Shown here piece after piece: positions 42,461 to 52,034 of a DNA stretch of 64,000 nt (its first letter is position 1; each line of letters starts with the position of its first letter). Made by a program: the position numbers and the translations under genes. Origin of the DNA: an uncultured Trueperaceae bacterium (lineage in GTDB: Bacteria; Deinococcota; Deinococci; Deinococcales; Trueperaceae); contig CAWCXJ010000004.1 in assembly GCA_963799485.1 (NCBI GenBank), positions 1 to 64,000 of the forward strand, given 5' to 3'. The notes beneath the pieces were generated by a model. It searched no databases, had not been told where the DNA came from, and saw only the letters and a program-made list of their open reading frames with translations.

Positions 42461-43205
42461 TTAAGGTGCGCCGAACCCGTATTTGCTGAGCACGGCTTGA
42501 CCTTGACTCGAGCGCACCAGGTCGACGAACGCCTGGGCAAGTTTGGGTTGCGTGCTGTCTGCCAGTGTCACAACCGCATAGGTGCCGAGTACGTTAAGCG
42601 GTTCGGGAACCGGGATAATCCTGACATTTTCAGCGAGCGCCGCATCGGTTGCGTAGACGATAGCGGCGTCCGCCTCACCGAGTTCGACCTTGAGGGCGAC
42701 CTGCCGCACGTTCGACTCTTCCGAAACGAGGTTGTCCAACACCCGGTCTGAAAAATTTGCGCCGTAAACCCGGTTCATCTTTTTCAGTGCTTCGCGTGCG
42801 TAGTTGCCGACCGGAACCTCGGGCGCGGCGAGAACGAGCAGCACACCGGGTTCGGCGAGTTGCGCCAGCCGGGTGATGTTGCTGTCTTTTACGGTAATTA
42901 CGACCAGACGGTTGGTGGCAAAAACTGACGGTGTGTTTGCCGCGAGCCCTGCGTCTATAGCGACCTGCAGCTGGTCTTCGTCGGCGCTGGCGAACACGTC
43001 GGCGGGTGCGCCCTGAACAATCTGTGTGGCAAGGGTCGAGGAACCGTCGAAATTCAGGAGTACCTCGGCTCCGCCGCGCTGCGTTTCAAAAACCATCTGC
43101 GATTTCTTCAAATGCTTCGGTGAGGCTCGAGGCGGCGAACACCGTCAGGGTTTGAGCGGTGGCGAGTGGACTCATCAGTAGTATCAAGAGTGTAGAAGTT
43201 CTCAT
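42461..43205 (-). pseudogene. modA: Molybdate-binding protein, +1 in a T-run near 43090 (possible sequencing error)
   Basis: Signal peptide and LTVFAASSLTEAF, then frame change to NFDGSSTLATQI...ADVFASA, VPVGNYA, VYATDA. Confidence 0.88.
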
Positions 43206-43216
43206 CGGGCTTTCGT

Positions 43217-45013
43217 CTAACGCACCATGTCCGGGATGCCGGTCAGGTAATCTTCACCGGGGTTGGTAAAGGTGTTTTGTTCCCACGCATACTGCCGGTC
43301 GTGGAGTTCACGGTAACGCCCGCCTTTTTTCAGGGGCTGGGCGTGCGTTCCCCGCCCGACGATTTTACCTGCTTCCAAGACCAAAATCTGGGCGGCGCTG
43401 CGAATGGTCGAAAGCCGGTGGGCAATCACAAACGCTGTGCGCCCCCGCTGAAGTTGCGCCAAGCCTTCCTGAATCATTCCTTCGCTCTCGCTGTCCAAAC
43501 TGCTCGTCGCCTCGTCCAGGATTAAAGTGCGTGGGTCGGCCAGGAGCGCCCGCGCGATGGCGACACGTTGCCGCTGCCCGCCCGAAAGCTTGACGCCGCG
43601 TTCACCGACAATGGTGTCGTAGCCGCTTGGAAACCCCCGGATAAAGCCGTCGGCGTTGGCGAGGCGGCTCGCTGTTTCGACCTCTTCTTCGGTCGCGTCA
43701 GGACGAGCGAAGCGGATGTTGTCGACCACGGTACCGCCAAACAAAAAGTTTTCTTGCACCACCCCGAGCTGCTTGCGGTAGTCGCCCAGCTTAATGTCTT
43801 GCAAATCGTATCCGTCGACCGTGACACGGCCTGCGTCGGGGCGGTGAAACGCCATCGTCAGGCGCACCAGGGTGCTTTTGCCCGAACCCGACGAACCGAC
43901 CAGCGCGGTCGTCGTTCCGGCGGGTGCGCGGAGTGAGATACCCTTAAGTACAGGGGTACCGGGTTCGTAGGCGAAGCTTACGTCGTCTAGTACGACCTCA
44001 CCCTTGACTCTGGTGAGGGGAGCCCCGGCCTCGTCCTCATCGTCTTCAGTGGTCATCGCCATAAGTTCCCGGATACGGTCGAGTCCCGCAAACGCCTCGC
44101 TGACCTGCGTCCCGATCAAGGCGATTTGAATCACAGGCGCAGCCAAAACGGTCACGAACGCGACGTACATGATCAGCTCGCCCAAGGTCATCGCGTCCGC
44201 TAAAATAGCTCGTCCACCGAACAAAATCATCAAGACGCCGACCGCGCCGATAATCACCGTGGCAAACACGGTGATCGCCGAAGTGCCGGTGATCGAGCGT
44301 TTGACGTTGGCAAAAAGCCGCTCAACCCCCTCGCCGAATACATGCTGCTCTCTTTCTTCCATCCGGTACGCCTTGATGATGCGAATCCCGCCCAGCGTTT
44401 CAGTGAGACGGCCCGTGACCTCGGCGTTAATCGCCCCGCGTTCGCGGAAGATAGGCCGCAGTTTTGAAAAAGCCAGTGCCATCGCTCCACCGAAAAGCAG
44501 CAAAAAGACCAAAATAGCGACTGTGAGCTGCCAGTTGAGGTAAAAAAGCACCCCGAGTGCCAGCACTGCCGTCAAGATACCGCCCACGAGCTGAACGATG
44601 CCCGTCCCGATAAGGTTGCGGACGCCCTCGGCGTCGGTCATGATGCGCGAAATCAGGACGCCCGTCTGGGTCCCGTCGAAAAAACGAATCGGCAGCCGCG
44701 TGACGCACTCCTGCACGCGCCGCCGCATCTCCATGATGGCCCCCTGCGCCGCTACGCTGACGACCTGTGAAAGCGAATAAGTCGTCACGGCCTGAACGAC
44801 AGTTGCAGCGCCTACGGCGAGTACCAGAGGTACAAGCAGCCCGGCTTGACCTTTGCCGATAACGTTGTCGATCAAAAACTTTGAGCTCGCAGGCAACACA
44901 AACCCCGCCAAGCGGTTGACGATCATCAGGGCGAAGCCGATCCCTAAACCTTTACGGTAGCTCCAAGGCAGGCTTTTCGCCTCCTGCCGGACCTCTGCGC
45001 GGGGCCTTTTCAT
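43217..45013 (-). CDS. ABC exporter, fused TMD-NBD
   Basis: TM domain; GSSGSGKST, LSGGQRQR, LILDEATSSLD. Confidence 0.92.
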   Translation of the reverse strand: MKRPRAEVRQEAKSLPWSYRKGLGIGFALMIVNRLAGFVLPASSKFLIDNVIGKGQAGLLVPLVLAVGAATVVQAVTTYSLSQVVSVAAQGAIMEMRRRVQECVTRLPIRFFDGTQTGVLISRIMTDAEGVRNLIGTGIVQLVGGILTAVLALGVLFYLNWQLTVAILVFLLLFGGAMALAFSKLRPIFRERGAINAEVTGRLTETLGGIRIIKAYRMEEREQHVFGEGVERLFANVKRSITGTSAITVFATVIIGAVGVLMILFGGRAILADAMTLGELIMYVAFVTVLAAPVIQIALIGTQVSEAFAGLDRIRELMAMTTEDDEDEAGAPLTRVKGEVVLDDVSFAYEPGTPVLKGISLRAPAGTTTALVGSSGSGKSTLVRLTMAFHRPDAGRVTVDGYDLQDIKLGDYRKQLGVVQENFLFGGTVVDNIRFARPDATEEEVETASRLANADGFIRGFPSGYDTIVGERGVKLSGGQRQRVAIARALLADPRTLILDEATSSLDSESEGMIQEGLAQLQRGRTAFVIAHRLSTIRSAAQILVLEAGKIVGRGTHAQPLKKGGRYRELHDRQYAWEQNTFTNPGEDYLTGIPDMVR

Positions 45014-45261
45014 AAAGCTCGTTTCATGAAGTCATCCTAGTCTCCCGCAGCGCCTTTACGCTAACGCACCGAGACACGCGCGGTTCTGGGGCCGGTTGAT
45101 TTATGGTTCGTCATCAGCTGTCAAGCAGGTATTGGTACAGTGACGAGGACACTAGGACACTCGGGTGCGCCAGAGCAAACCAGCAACTTCGGGCAAGCTC
45201 ATGATAGAAAAGACCACTACGCCGCAGCCTTTGGGATTGAACGCAGTGGTGGCGGCTGCGC

Positions 45262-45822
45262 TCAGCGGATACCGGGTGGTACCTGCGTTGGTGGCGGTTC
45301 GGGCAGGTTGCGCGGTTCGGGTACGCCCTCGAGCCGCTTCAGTACCCCGTTTTCGTTACAACCGACGAAAAACGGACACCGCAGACACTCCGACCAGACG
45401 CGCGGGTGCAGCTCTTTGGTCTTATCGATCAGCCTGAAGCCGCAGCGTTCAAAAAAACCTACCGAATACGTCCAGGCAAAGAGCGTCGGCACGCCGATAC
45501 GCCGCGCTTCAGCTTCGCAGGCCGCGACCAGTTCACGCCCAACGCCTTTAGACTGCACCCCGGGCCGCACCGCCAGACCGCGCACTTCGGCGACGTCGCC
45601 CCAGAGAATATGGAGCGCGCCGCACCCGGCAAACTGCCCGTCAATCTCGGCGACGAAAAAATCGCGCAGGTTCTCGAAGATGTTTTGCATCGGTCTGACC
45701 AGCATCTTGCCCTGCCCCGCCCAGTAGCCGATGGTTTCAAAGATGTCGGTCACGTCTTCGGCTTTTGCGGGCCGCACCGTTACCTGGACATGGGCCACAG
45801 TCGATATGTCAGTCGTCGCCAC
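45262..45822 (-). CDS. argA: Short GNAT N-acetylglutamate synthase
   Basis: IFENLRDF, GCGALHILWGDVAEVRGLAV, VWSECLRCP; directly after argH. Confidence 0.8.
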   Translation of the reverse strand: MATTDISTVAHVQVTVRPAKAEDVTDIFETIGYWAGQGKMLVRPMQNIFENLRDFFVAEIDGQFAGCGALHILWGDVAEVRGLAVRPGVQSKGVGRELVAACEAEARRIGVPTLFAWTYSVGFFERCGFRLIDKTKELHPRVWSECLRCPFFVGCNENGVLKRLEGVPEPRNLPEPPPTQVPPGIR

Positions 45823-47197
45823 GCAACATCTCCTCAGCCGCTCGAAGCTGCCTTTCGACCTGAGCCAGCGCGGTGCCGCCGTAGCTCGAGCGCGCGTTGA
45901 CGACGGTCTCGAGCCTTAAAACTTCAAACACATCATTACCGATAAGTGCCGACACGTTTTGCATCTCTGCCAGACTCAGTGCCTGCAAATCTTTACCCTC
46001 TTGCACCCCGAGCGCGACAAGCTTGCCGACAACTTCGTGCGCTTCACGAAAGGGGAGGCCTTTTTGGGCAAGATAATCAGCGAGGTCGGTGGCGTTCGAG
46101 TAGGCGCGGCCCGCGGCGTGGTACATCCGCGCTTCGTTCACCGTGAGTTTCGGCAACAGGTCGGCGGTTAAACGCAAGCAGACGCGGAGGGTGTCGGCGG
46201 CGTCGAACGCGCCCTCTTTGTCTTCTTGCAGGTCTTTGTTGTAAGCGAGCGGTAGCCCCTTGAGCGTCGTTAAAAGGCCCAGAAGATGCCCGTAAACGCG
46301 CCCGGTTTTGCCACGCGTCAACTCGGACACGTCCGGGTTCTTTTTCTGCGGCATGATGCTCGAGCCCGTGGTATGCGAGTCCGGCAGCGTGACAAAACCG
46401 AACTCTTGCGACGACCACAAGATGAGTTCTTCGGAAAGTCTCGAGAGGTGCATCATCACGAGGCTGGCGGCGCTCAAGAATTCTACGACAAAATCGCGGT
46501 CGGAAACCGCGTCGAGTGAGTTGCGGGCGGGCCGGTCGAAGCCCAAAAGTTCGGCGGTGCGCGCCCGGTCGATAGGGAACCCTGTTCCGGCGAGTGCTCC
46601 GGCCCCGAGCGGCGAGACGTTCAGGCGTTTAAGCGAGTCTTGCAACCTTTCGGCGTCGCGTGAAAACATCTCGAAGTAGGCCAAAAGATGATGCGACAAA
46701 AGCACGGGTTGGGCGACCTGCAGGTGGGTGTAGCCCGGCATGATGACGCCCAGATGTGTGTCGGCAGCCGCTACGAAAGCGGCGCGCAGGTCGTGTAACA
46801 AGCCGACAAGCGCGTGCGTTTCGCCCCTGAGCCAGAGCCGAAAGTCGGTTGCCACCTGGTCGTTGCGGCTGCGGGCGGTGTGGAGCTTGCCGCCGACCGG
46901 CCCGACGCGCTCCGTGAGGGCGGCCTCGAGGTTCATGTGCACGTCTTCGAGTTCGGTGCGCCACGCAAACGTACCGGCTGCGACCTCTTGTTCAAGCTCT
47001 GCTAATCCGGCAACGAGCTGTGCGGCCTCATCTTCGCTCAAAATGCCCGCTTCACCCAACATCATCGCGTGCGCGGTAGACCCCCAAATGTCTTGCAAAG
47101 CCAAGCGTTTGTCGAAACTGACTGAGGCGTTAAACTGCTCGACTAACGTGTCGGTACTCTCGGCGAAGCGTCCGCCCCACATGCGTTTTTGCGTCAC
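45809..47197 (-). CDS. argH: Argininosuccinate lyase
   Basis: WGGRF, HTARSRNDQ, PGYTHLQ, GSSIMPQKKNPD, YNKDLQEDK. Confidence 0.98.
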   Translation of the reverse strand: MTQKRMWGGRFAESTDTLVEQFNASVSFDKRLALQDIWGSTAHAMMLGEAGILSEDEAAQLVAGLAELEQEVAAGTFAWRTELEDVHMNLEAALTERVGPVGGKLHTARSRNDQVATDFRLWLRGETHALVGLLHDLRAAFVAAADTHLGVIMPGYTHLQVAQPVLLSHHLLAYFEMFSRDAERLQDSLKRLNVSPLGAGALAGTGFPIDRARTAELLGFDRPARNSLDAVSDRDFVVEFLSAASLVMMHLSRLSEELILWSSQEFGFVTLPDSHTTGSSIMPQKKNPDVSELTRGKTGRVYGHLLGLLTTLKGLPLAYNKDLQEDKEGAFDAADTLRVCLRLTADLLPKLTVNEARMYHAAGRAYSNATDLADYLAQKGLPFREAHEVVGKLVALGVQEGKDLQALSLAEMQNVSALIGNDVFEVLRLETVVNARSSYGGTALAQVERQLRAAEEMLRGDD

Positions 47198-47224
47198 CTG
47201 CAGCCTGCTTTCATCTAGTTCGCA

Positions 47225-47587
47225 TCAGAGCTCATAGGGAAGCCGAATATCGGGTAGCCCGAGCTCGAACCCTTTTGCGTCTCGAGTAACGAACAAACAC
47301 CCCTCCGCCCTAGCGGTGGCGTAGACAACCGCGTCGGGTAGTTTAAGTCGGTAACGTCTTCTTAAAGAGACGCCGAGCGTAGCAACTTCTGTTGATAAAG
47401 CTACCGTCCGAAAGTAATTAAAAAACTTTTGCACCGAGGCTTTATCTTCTTGGTTGACACCGACCATAATCTCCATCCAAGTGATTACGCTGATAAGCGG
47501 CTCGGTGTAAGTCTCGAGCTCCCGGCGCGCTTCGTCAACCCCGTTCAAATGGTCAATCAAGATGTTCGTATCTAATACAGCTTTCAT
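47225..47587 (-). CDS. VapC/PIN toxin
   Basis: VLDTNILID, SVITWME, LKLPDA, VTRD. Confidence 0.9.
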   Translation of the reverse strand: MKAVLDTNILIDHLNGVDEARRELETYTEPLISVITWMEIMVGVNQEDKASVQKFFNYFRTVALSTEVATLGVSLRRRYRLKLPDAVVYATARAEGCLFVTRDAKGFELGLPDIRLPYEL

Positions 47588-47621
47588 ATAAGGTTTACCG
47601 CAGTTCGGTCGGTGGCGCTGT

Positions 47622-47840
47622 TCACTCCCATTCTTCACGCAGACGGCGCTGATATATCACGCCGTCTACCGCTCGGCCTTGCCACAAACCAAACGACTCG
47701 GATAAGTTGCTCGTTTGCCGCTGAGCTAGATATTCTGCAACCGCTTCGCGGATCAGCGCCGCCCGTGAGCTTCCCCGTGCCTCGCCAAGCTTTGCAAGTG
47801 CGTCAAGCTGTTCTTGCGGCAAATCTACCAGTGTTCTCAT
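47622..47840 (-). CDS. CopG/RHH antitoxin
   Basis: MRTLVDLP...SRAALIREAVAEYL...FGLW...LREEW. Confidence 0.88.
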   Translation of the reverse strand: MRTLVDLPQEQLDALAKLGEARGSSRAALIREAVAEYLAQRQTSNLSESFGLWQGRAVDGVIYQRRLREEWE

Positions 47841-47846
47841 CAGCTG

Positions 47847-47869
47847 AGTATATCACCAAAGTATATCAC
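47847..47869 (-). promoter_or_regulatory. TA promoter/operator
   Basis: TATACT 6 nt before ATG within the direct repeat AGTATATCACC x2. Confidence 0.55.
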
Positions 47870-48336
47870 CCTTGCCGCTGCCACACGCCACCGACCCGTT
47901 TGGAGAGCTCGAGCGGCGCTTCTAGGTCTCTGGGACGGTAGCCCATCCGGGTGTAGTAAGGCAAAAGGTCGATTTGTGCACCTGTGAGCGTCAAGCGCAG
48001 TTCGGGGATATTGTGCTGGATGGCAAGCGCCTCGAGCCGCGTCGTCAGCCAGCGTCCGAACCCTTGACCCCGGTATTCCGGCAGCGTCGCCAAACGCCCG
48101 ACTTCCCAGCCGTAAGGAGCTTCACGCCAGCGCAGCGCGCTGATAAACGTTCCGGCACAAATAAAAGAGAGGGTGCCGCCGTCCCCGAGCCACTGCTGCA
48201 CCCGCGCCTCGTCTTCGGCGGGGTCGCTCCAAGCTGTTTGATAAAGCTCTGCGAGCGCCGCAGCGTCGGCGTCGGTTGCAGTATGCAGTTTGGCGGGTTG
48301 GTTTAGCGGCTGTGCCTGAGTCTCTTGTACCATCAT
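47866..48336 (-). CDS. GNAT acetyltransferase
   Basis: [21 protein letters not shown]. Confidence 0.85.
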   Translation of the reverse strand: MMVQETQAQPLNQPAKLHTATDADAAALAELYQTAWSDPAEDEARVQQWLGDGGTLSFICAGTFISALRWREAPYGWEVGRLATLPEYRGQGFGRWLTTRLEALAIQHNIPELRLTLTGAQIDLLPYYTRMGYRPRDLEAPLELSKRVGGVWQRQG

Positions 48337-49589
48337 TCGCTGTACTGAGGAATCTTGATGGGGGGCGTTTTGGTTTCGGCGTCGAGTTGCGCGGCAATCC
48401 GTAGTCTAAGCGCATTTAGTTTGATAAAGCCGTCGGCGTCGGCCTGATTGTACACGTTGTCTTCTTCAAAGGTCACCACGTCCTGACGGTAGAACGAGTT
48501 GGGTGATTTGCGCCCGGTAATCGTAACGCTGCCTTTGTACAGCTCGAGCCTCGCGGTTCCCGTAACCGGTTTTTGAATGTCGTCCATCAAGTTTTGCAGT
48601 AGGGCGCGTTCGGGCGCAAACCAGAAACCGTTATAGATAGTTGCAGCGTATTTGGGCATCAGTTCGTCGCGGAGCTGCATCACTTGCCGGTCTAAAGTCA
48701 GCGATTCGACGGCCTTGTGGGCGTGAAAGAGGAGCGTCCCACCGGGGGTTTCGTAGCAGCCGCGCGACTTCATCCCGACAAACCGGTTTTCCACGATATC
48801 GGCGCGCCCGACGCCGTGTTTGCCGCCGAGTGCGTTGGTGCGTTCTAAAAGTTCAACCGCTCCCAACCGCTCGCCGTTGATGGCGACCGGGTTGCCCGCT
48901 TCAAACTCAACCTCGACGGTTTCCGGCGTGTCCGGCGCGTCTTGCGGGTCGGTCGTGAGCCGCCACATGTTTTTCGGCGGCGCGGCCCACGGGTCTTCTA
49001 AAATGCCGCCCTCATACGAGATGTGATACAAATTCGCGTCCATGGAGTATGGTTTTTCTTTCGTCACACCCACTGGAATCCCGTGTTCCTGGGCGTAACG
49101 CACGCAGTCTTCACGGCCCCGAAGCGTCCACTCGCGCCACGGTGCAATGACCCGGATGTCGGGCTTGAGCGCGTAAGCGGAGAGTTCAAAACGCACCTGG
49201 TCGTTGCCCTTGCCGGTCGCGCCGTGCGCTACGGCGTCGGCTCCCTCACTCTCGGCAATTTCAACCATCTTTTGCGCGATTAAAGGGCGGGCGAACGAGG
49301 TGCCGAGCAGATAGTAGCCTTCGTAGAGCGCACCTGAACGAAGCACCGGAAAAACGAAATCTTGGACGAACTCGCGCCGCAAATCGGCAGTGTAGGCGCT
49401 TACCGCGCCCGTTTGCAGGGCTTTCTCTTTCGCTCCGGCGACCTCTTCACCCTGACCGATGTCGGCGGTAAAGGCGACGACCTCGGCGTTATAGGTGTCT
49501 CTAAGCCAACGCAAGATGACCGAGGTGTCGAGGCCGCCGGAGTAGGCGAGTACGACTTTTTTGACGTCTGGGGTTCGGGTGGGCGGCAT
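48333..49589 (-). CDS. argG: Argininosuccinate synthase
   Basis: [43 protein letters not shown]. Confidence 0.98.
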   Translation of the reverse strand: MPPTRTPDVKKVVLAYSGGLDTSVILRWLRDTYNAEVVAFTADIGQGEEVAGAKEKALQTGAVSAYTADLRREFVQDFVFPVLRSGALYEGYYLLGTSFARPLIAQKMVEIAESEGADAVAHGATGKGNDQVRFELSAYALKPDIRVIAPWREWTLRGREDCVRYAQEHGIPVGVTKEKPYSMDANLYHISYEGGILEDPWAAPPKNMWRLTTDPQDAPDTPETVEVEFEAGNPVAINGERLGAVELLERTNALGGKHGVGRADIVENRFVGMKSRGCYETPGGTLLFHAHKAVESLTLDRQVMQLRDELMPKYAATIYNGFWFAPERALLQNLMDDIQKPVTGTARLELYKGSVTITGRKSPNSFYRQDVVTFEEDNVYNQADADGFIKLNALRLRIAAQLDAETKTPPIKIPQYSE

Positions 49590-49631
49590 ACGGTTCTCCT
49601 AAAATAAGGGGTAGGGCGGGGGCAAGGCAAC

Positions 49632-49686
49632 AAAAATCCTCACCCGAAAGGGGCGCAAGGCGGTTCCGCTCGCTTTTAAGAGCGGA
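49632..49686 (-). terminator. Attenuator hairpins upstream of argG
   Basis: TCCGCTC/GAGCGGA stem, then CCTTGCGCCCC-TTTC-GGGTGAGG-ATTTTT. Confidence 0.6.
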
Positions 49687-49688
49687 CG

Positions 49689-49727
49689 TTAGCGTCGGAC
49701 GCGGCGGGTAAGGGATGCTGTCAGCAT
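49689..49727 (-). CDS. Arg-rich leader peptide MLTASLTRRVRR
   Basis: ATG CTG ACA GCA TCC CTT ACC CGC CGC GTC CGA CGC TAA, ending 100 nt upstream of argG. Confidence 0.7.
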   Translation of the reverse strand: MLTASLTRRVRR

Positions 49728-49741
49728 AATTGAGCGCAGAT

Positions 49742-49775
49742 TGCAGGTTTATGCAAGGTCTGCAATAACTTTGCA
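49742..49775 (-). promoter_or_regulatory. Candidate ARG boxes
   Basis: TGCATAAACCTGCA and adjacent imperfect TGCAAAGTTATTGCA. Confidence 0.5.
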
Positions 49776-49854
49776 AACTCTAGCATGTGTCCGGAGGTGG
49801 GTCAAGCGTGACGAGGTGCGTTTTACGGTGATCATTTGCAGGTAGCATGGCAGG

Positions 49855-50799
49855 GTGAAGGTGCGGCGCAGTGCTTGGATAATCCTCTGGAGTTTTTTGG
49901 GGCTAGGTGCGGGACTGTTTGTTAGCTGGCGTGCGTCGCTGCTGCTTTGGCCTCTAGCACTCGTCCTGATAGCGGTGTGGCTGGCGCGTTGGCCGAGGCC
50001 GGGGGTGTGGCTACTGGCTGCGACGTTTGGCGTTATGTCGGTAAGTCCGTTTGTCGGCGACCTCGAGCAACAATCTCCCGCGCCCCACATGCGCGAGACC
50101 GCGAGCACCCGGCGAGACGCGCAGACCTGGGACGGGGTGCAAACACTGTCGGTTCGTAACAGTGCCGGCGACATCACCGTGACGGGCGGCGGAACTTGGC
50201 GACTCCGGGCGCGCTACCGCTGGGGCACAGCGGTGCGCGGTTTACCCGATAGACTTTTGATCTCGGAGCGCGGCAAAACACTGGATTTTACGGGACTCGA
50301 GCCCAGCTGGTCGCAAGCACCCTTGCGCGGGACCGAAGCGCAACTTCGGGCAACGGTACCGCGCCGCCTCAACCTGTTAGTCGACGCCCGTAGCAGCGAC
50401 GTAACGGCCCAAACCCTGGCCTCGGCAAACGTCGAGACTAACCTGGGCGACGTCACCCTCAGCGGTATTGCAGGCGCGGCAGTCGCCCTGACCGACGTCG
50501 GTAACGTCTTTATAACCGATGCCGGCGGGGCGGTCGAGGCCGAAACCCTGATAGGCGACATCTGGCTCGAACCCCGCGCTTCAACAGCGCCGATTTTAGC
50601 CAAGGCGGACGTCGGCAATATCGCTCTGGTCTTGCCACCCGGTACGAACGCCCGTATTACGGCGACCTCGACCTCACGGGAGCTGCCGGAAAACTTCAGA
50701 CGGGTGTCCCCGACGAGAGGAGAACTCGTGCTAGGCAAGGGCTCGAGGCTGATTGTCCTCACGACCCGTATTGGCAAGATCAGACTTGTCCAGCGCTAA
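49855..50799 (+). CDS. Membrane-anchored DUF4097-like beta-repeat protein
   Basis: N-terminal TMs; repeated T..GDV/GNV/GDI strands. Confidence 0.7.
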   Translation: MKVRRSAWIILWSFLGLGAGLFVSWRASLLLWPLALVLIAVWLARWPRPGVWLLAATFGVMSVSPFVGDLEQQSPAPHMRETASTRRDAQTWDGVQTLSVRNSAGDITVTGGGTWRLRARYRWGTAVRGLPDRLLISERGKTLDFTGLEPSWSQAPLRGTEAQLRATVPRRLNLLVDARSSDVTAQTLASANVETNLGDVTLSGIAGAAVALTDVGNVFITDAGGAVEAETLIGDIWLEPRASTAPILAKADVGNIALVLPPGTNARITATSTSRELPENFRRVSPTRGELVLGKGSRLIVLTTRIGKIRLVQR

Positions 50800-51665
50800 T
50801 CGGTACTCGCGGTGATGGGCTCACGCACCGGCAGACTCGCTGCGAGCGCCGCCCCTAAAATAAGCGCGCCGCCCAAAAGCCCCCACGTGCCGAGGCGTTC
50901 ACCGAACAAAAGTGCACCCAAAAGCGCCGCGACGACCGGCTCGACGCTGGCAACCAACACCGCCCGTGACGCCTCGACGCGTTTTAGACCGGCGTAGTAG
51001 AGGCCGTAAGCCGCGTAGGTCGACAGTGCTGCAAGCAGCAGCAAAAATCCCCATACCGCCGGGCTTTTGGCCGAAAAATCTACGAACAGCAATAGTCCCA
51101 GCGCCCCGAACGGCATTACGAACGCGTTGATCGTGACTGGGCTGTAGCGCGCGAGCGCCCATTTGCCGAACAGATAGTAACTGCTATAACTTAGCGCCGC
51201 CGTAAGCCCCCATAACAGAGCGGGCGCTGAGACATTGACGCCCGCGCCGCCGCCCCTGGATACGAGCACCACGCCCGTGAGCGTGAGAGTCAGCAGGCCG
51301 AGTTTACGGCGCGTTAGCCCTTCACGCAAAAAGAACCACGCGGCTACGGCGACAAACGCCGGGGCGCTGTAGAGCAAAATCGACGCCAGACTGACGCCGC
51401 CGTACTGCACCGCAAACGTATAAGACGCGTAAAAAAGCGTGATGCCGACGAGCGAAAAGGCGGCGAAAACGAGCAAATCGCGTCTTCGCGCTACCTTGAG
51501 CTGCCGGGTCGAAGCGGCGTGGGCGAGAAACATCCCGCCTGCAAATAGCGCCCGCCAGAAGGCCAGCTCGAGCGGCCCTACCCCCGCTGCCAAAATGTTG
51601 TAAGAAAAGACGCCGATAAGCCCCCAGAGCACCGCCGCCGTAAAAATAAGCAGGTAACCTTTCAC
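50796..51665 (-). CDS. EamA/DMT transporter
   Basis: About 10 TMs; AAVLWG, LLYSAPAFV, SVEPVVA. Confidence 0.92.
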   Translation of the reverse strand: MKGYLLIFTAAVLWGLIGVFSYNILAAGVGPLELAFWRALFAGGMFLAHAASTRQLKVARRRDLLVFAAFSLVGITLFYASYTFAVQYGGVSLASILLYSAPAFVAVAAWFFLREGLTRRKLGLLTLTLTGVVLVSRGGGAGVNVSAPALLWGLTAALSYSSYYLFGKWALARYSPVTINAFVMPFGALGLLLFVDFSAKSPAVWGFLLLLAALSTYAAYGLYYAGLKRVEASRAVLVASVEPVVAALLGALLFGERLGTWGLLGGALILGAALAASLPVREPITASTD

Positions 51666-51693
51666 CTGCTAGAGCATACCGTGACGGGTTGGA

Positions 51694-51978
51694 CTAGCCG
51701 ACGGTAACTTTGCTCTTGTCGAACGCCAGGTGTCCGGCAATCTCTTTGGCCGCCTCTTTCGGTTCCGGATACGACCAGGCGGCGTCGTGAACTTCCTCGC
51801 TACCAACCGTCAGGTTGTAGTACGCCGCCTTGCCTTTCCACGGACAGGTGTAGGGCGTGGGGCTGTCTGAAAACAAGTCCATCCGGACGCTCTCACGCGG
51901 GAAGTAGTGGTTTCCCTCGACGACGATGGTCTGGTCGCTGTCGGCTAGCACGGTTCCTTGATATTCGGCTTTAGGCAT
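51694..51978 (-). CDS. DUF427 protein
   Basis: VEGNHYFP, CPWKGKAAYY, AAWSYPEPK. Confidence 0.92.
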   Translation of the reverse strand: MPKAEYQGTVLADSDQTIVVEGNHYFPRESVRMDLFSDSPTPYTCPWKGKAAYYNLTVGSEEVHDAAWSYPEPKEAAKEIAGHLAFDKSKVTVG

Positions 51979-52034
51979 TTTTTCCTCCTGCCTGCAAGGC
52001 TACTATGCCCGCGAACTTGTTACCGCAGGGTTTC

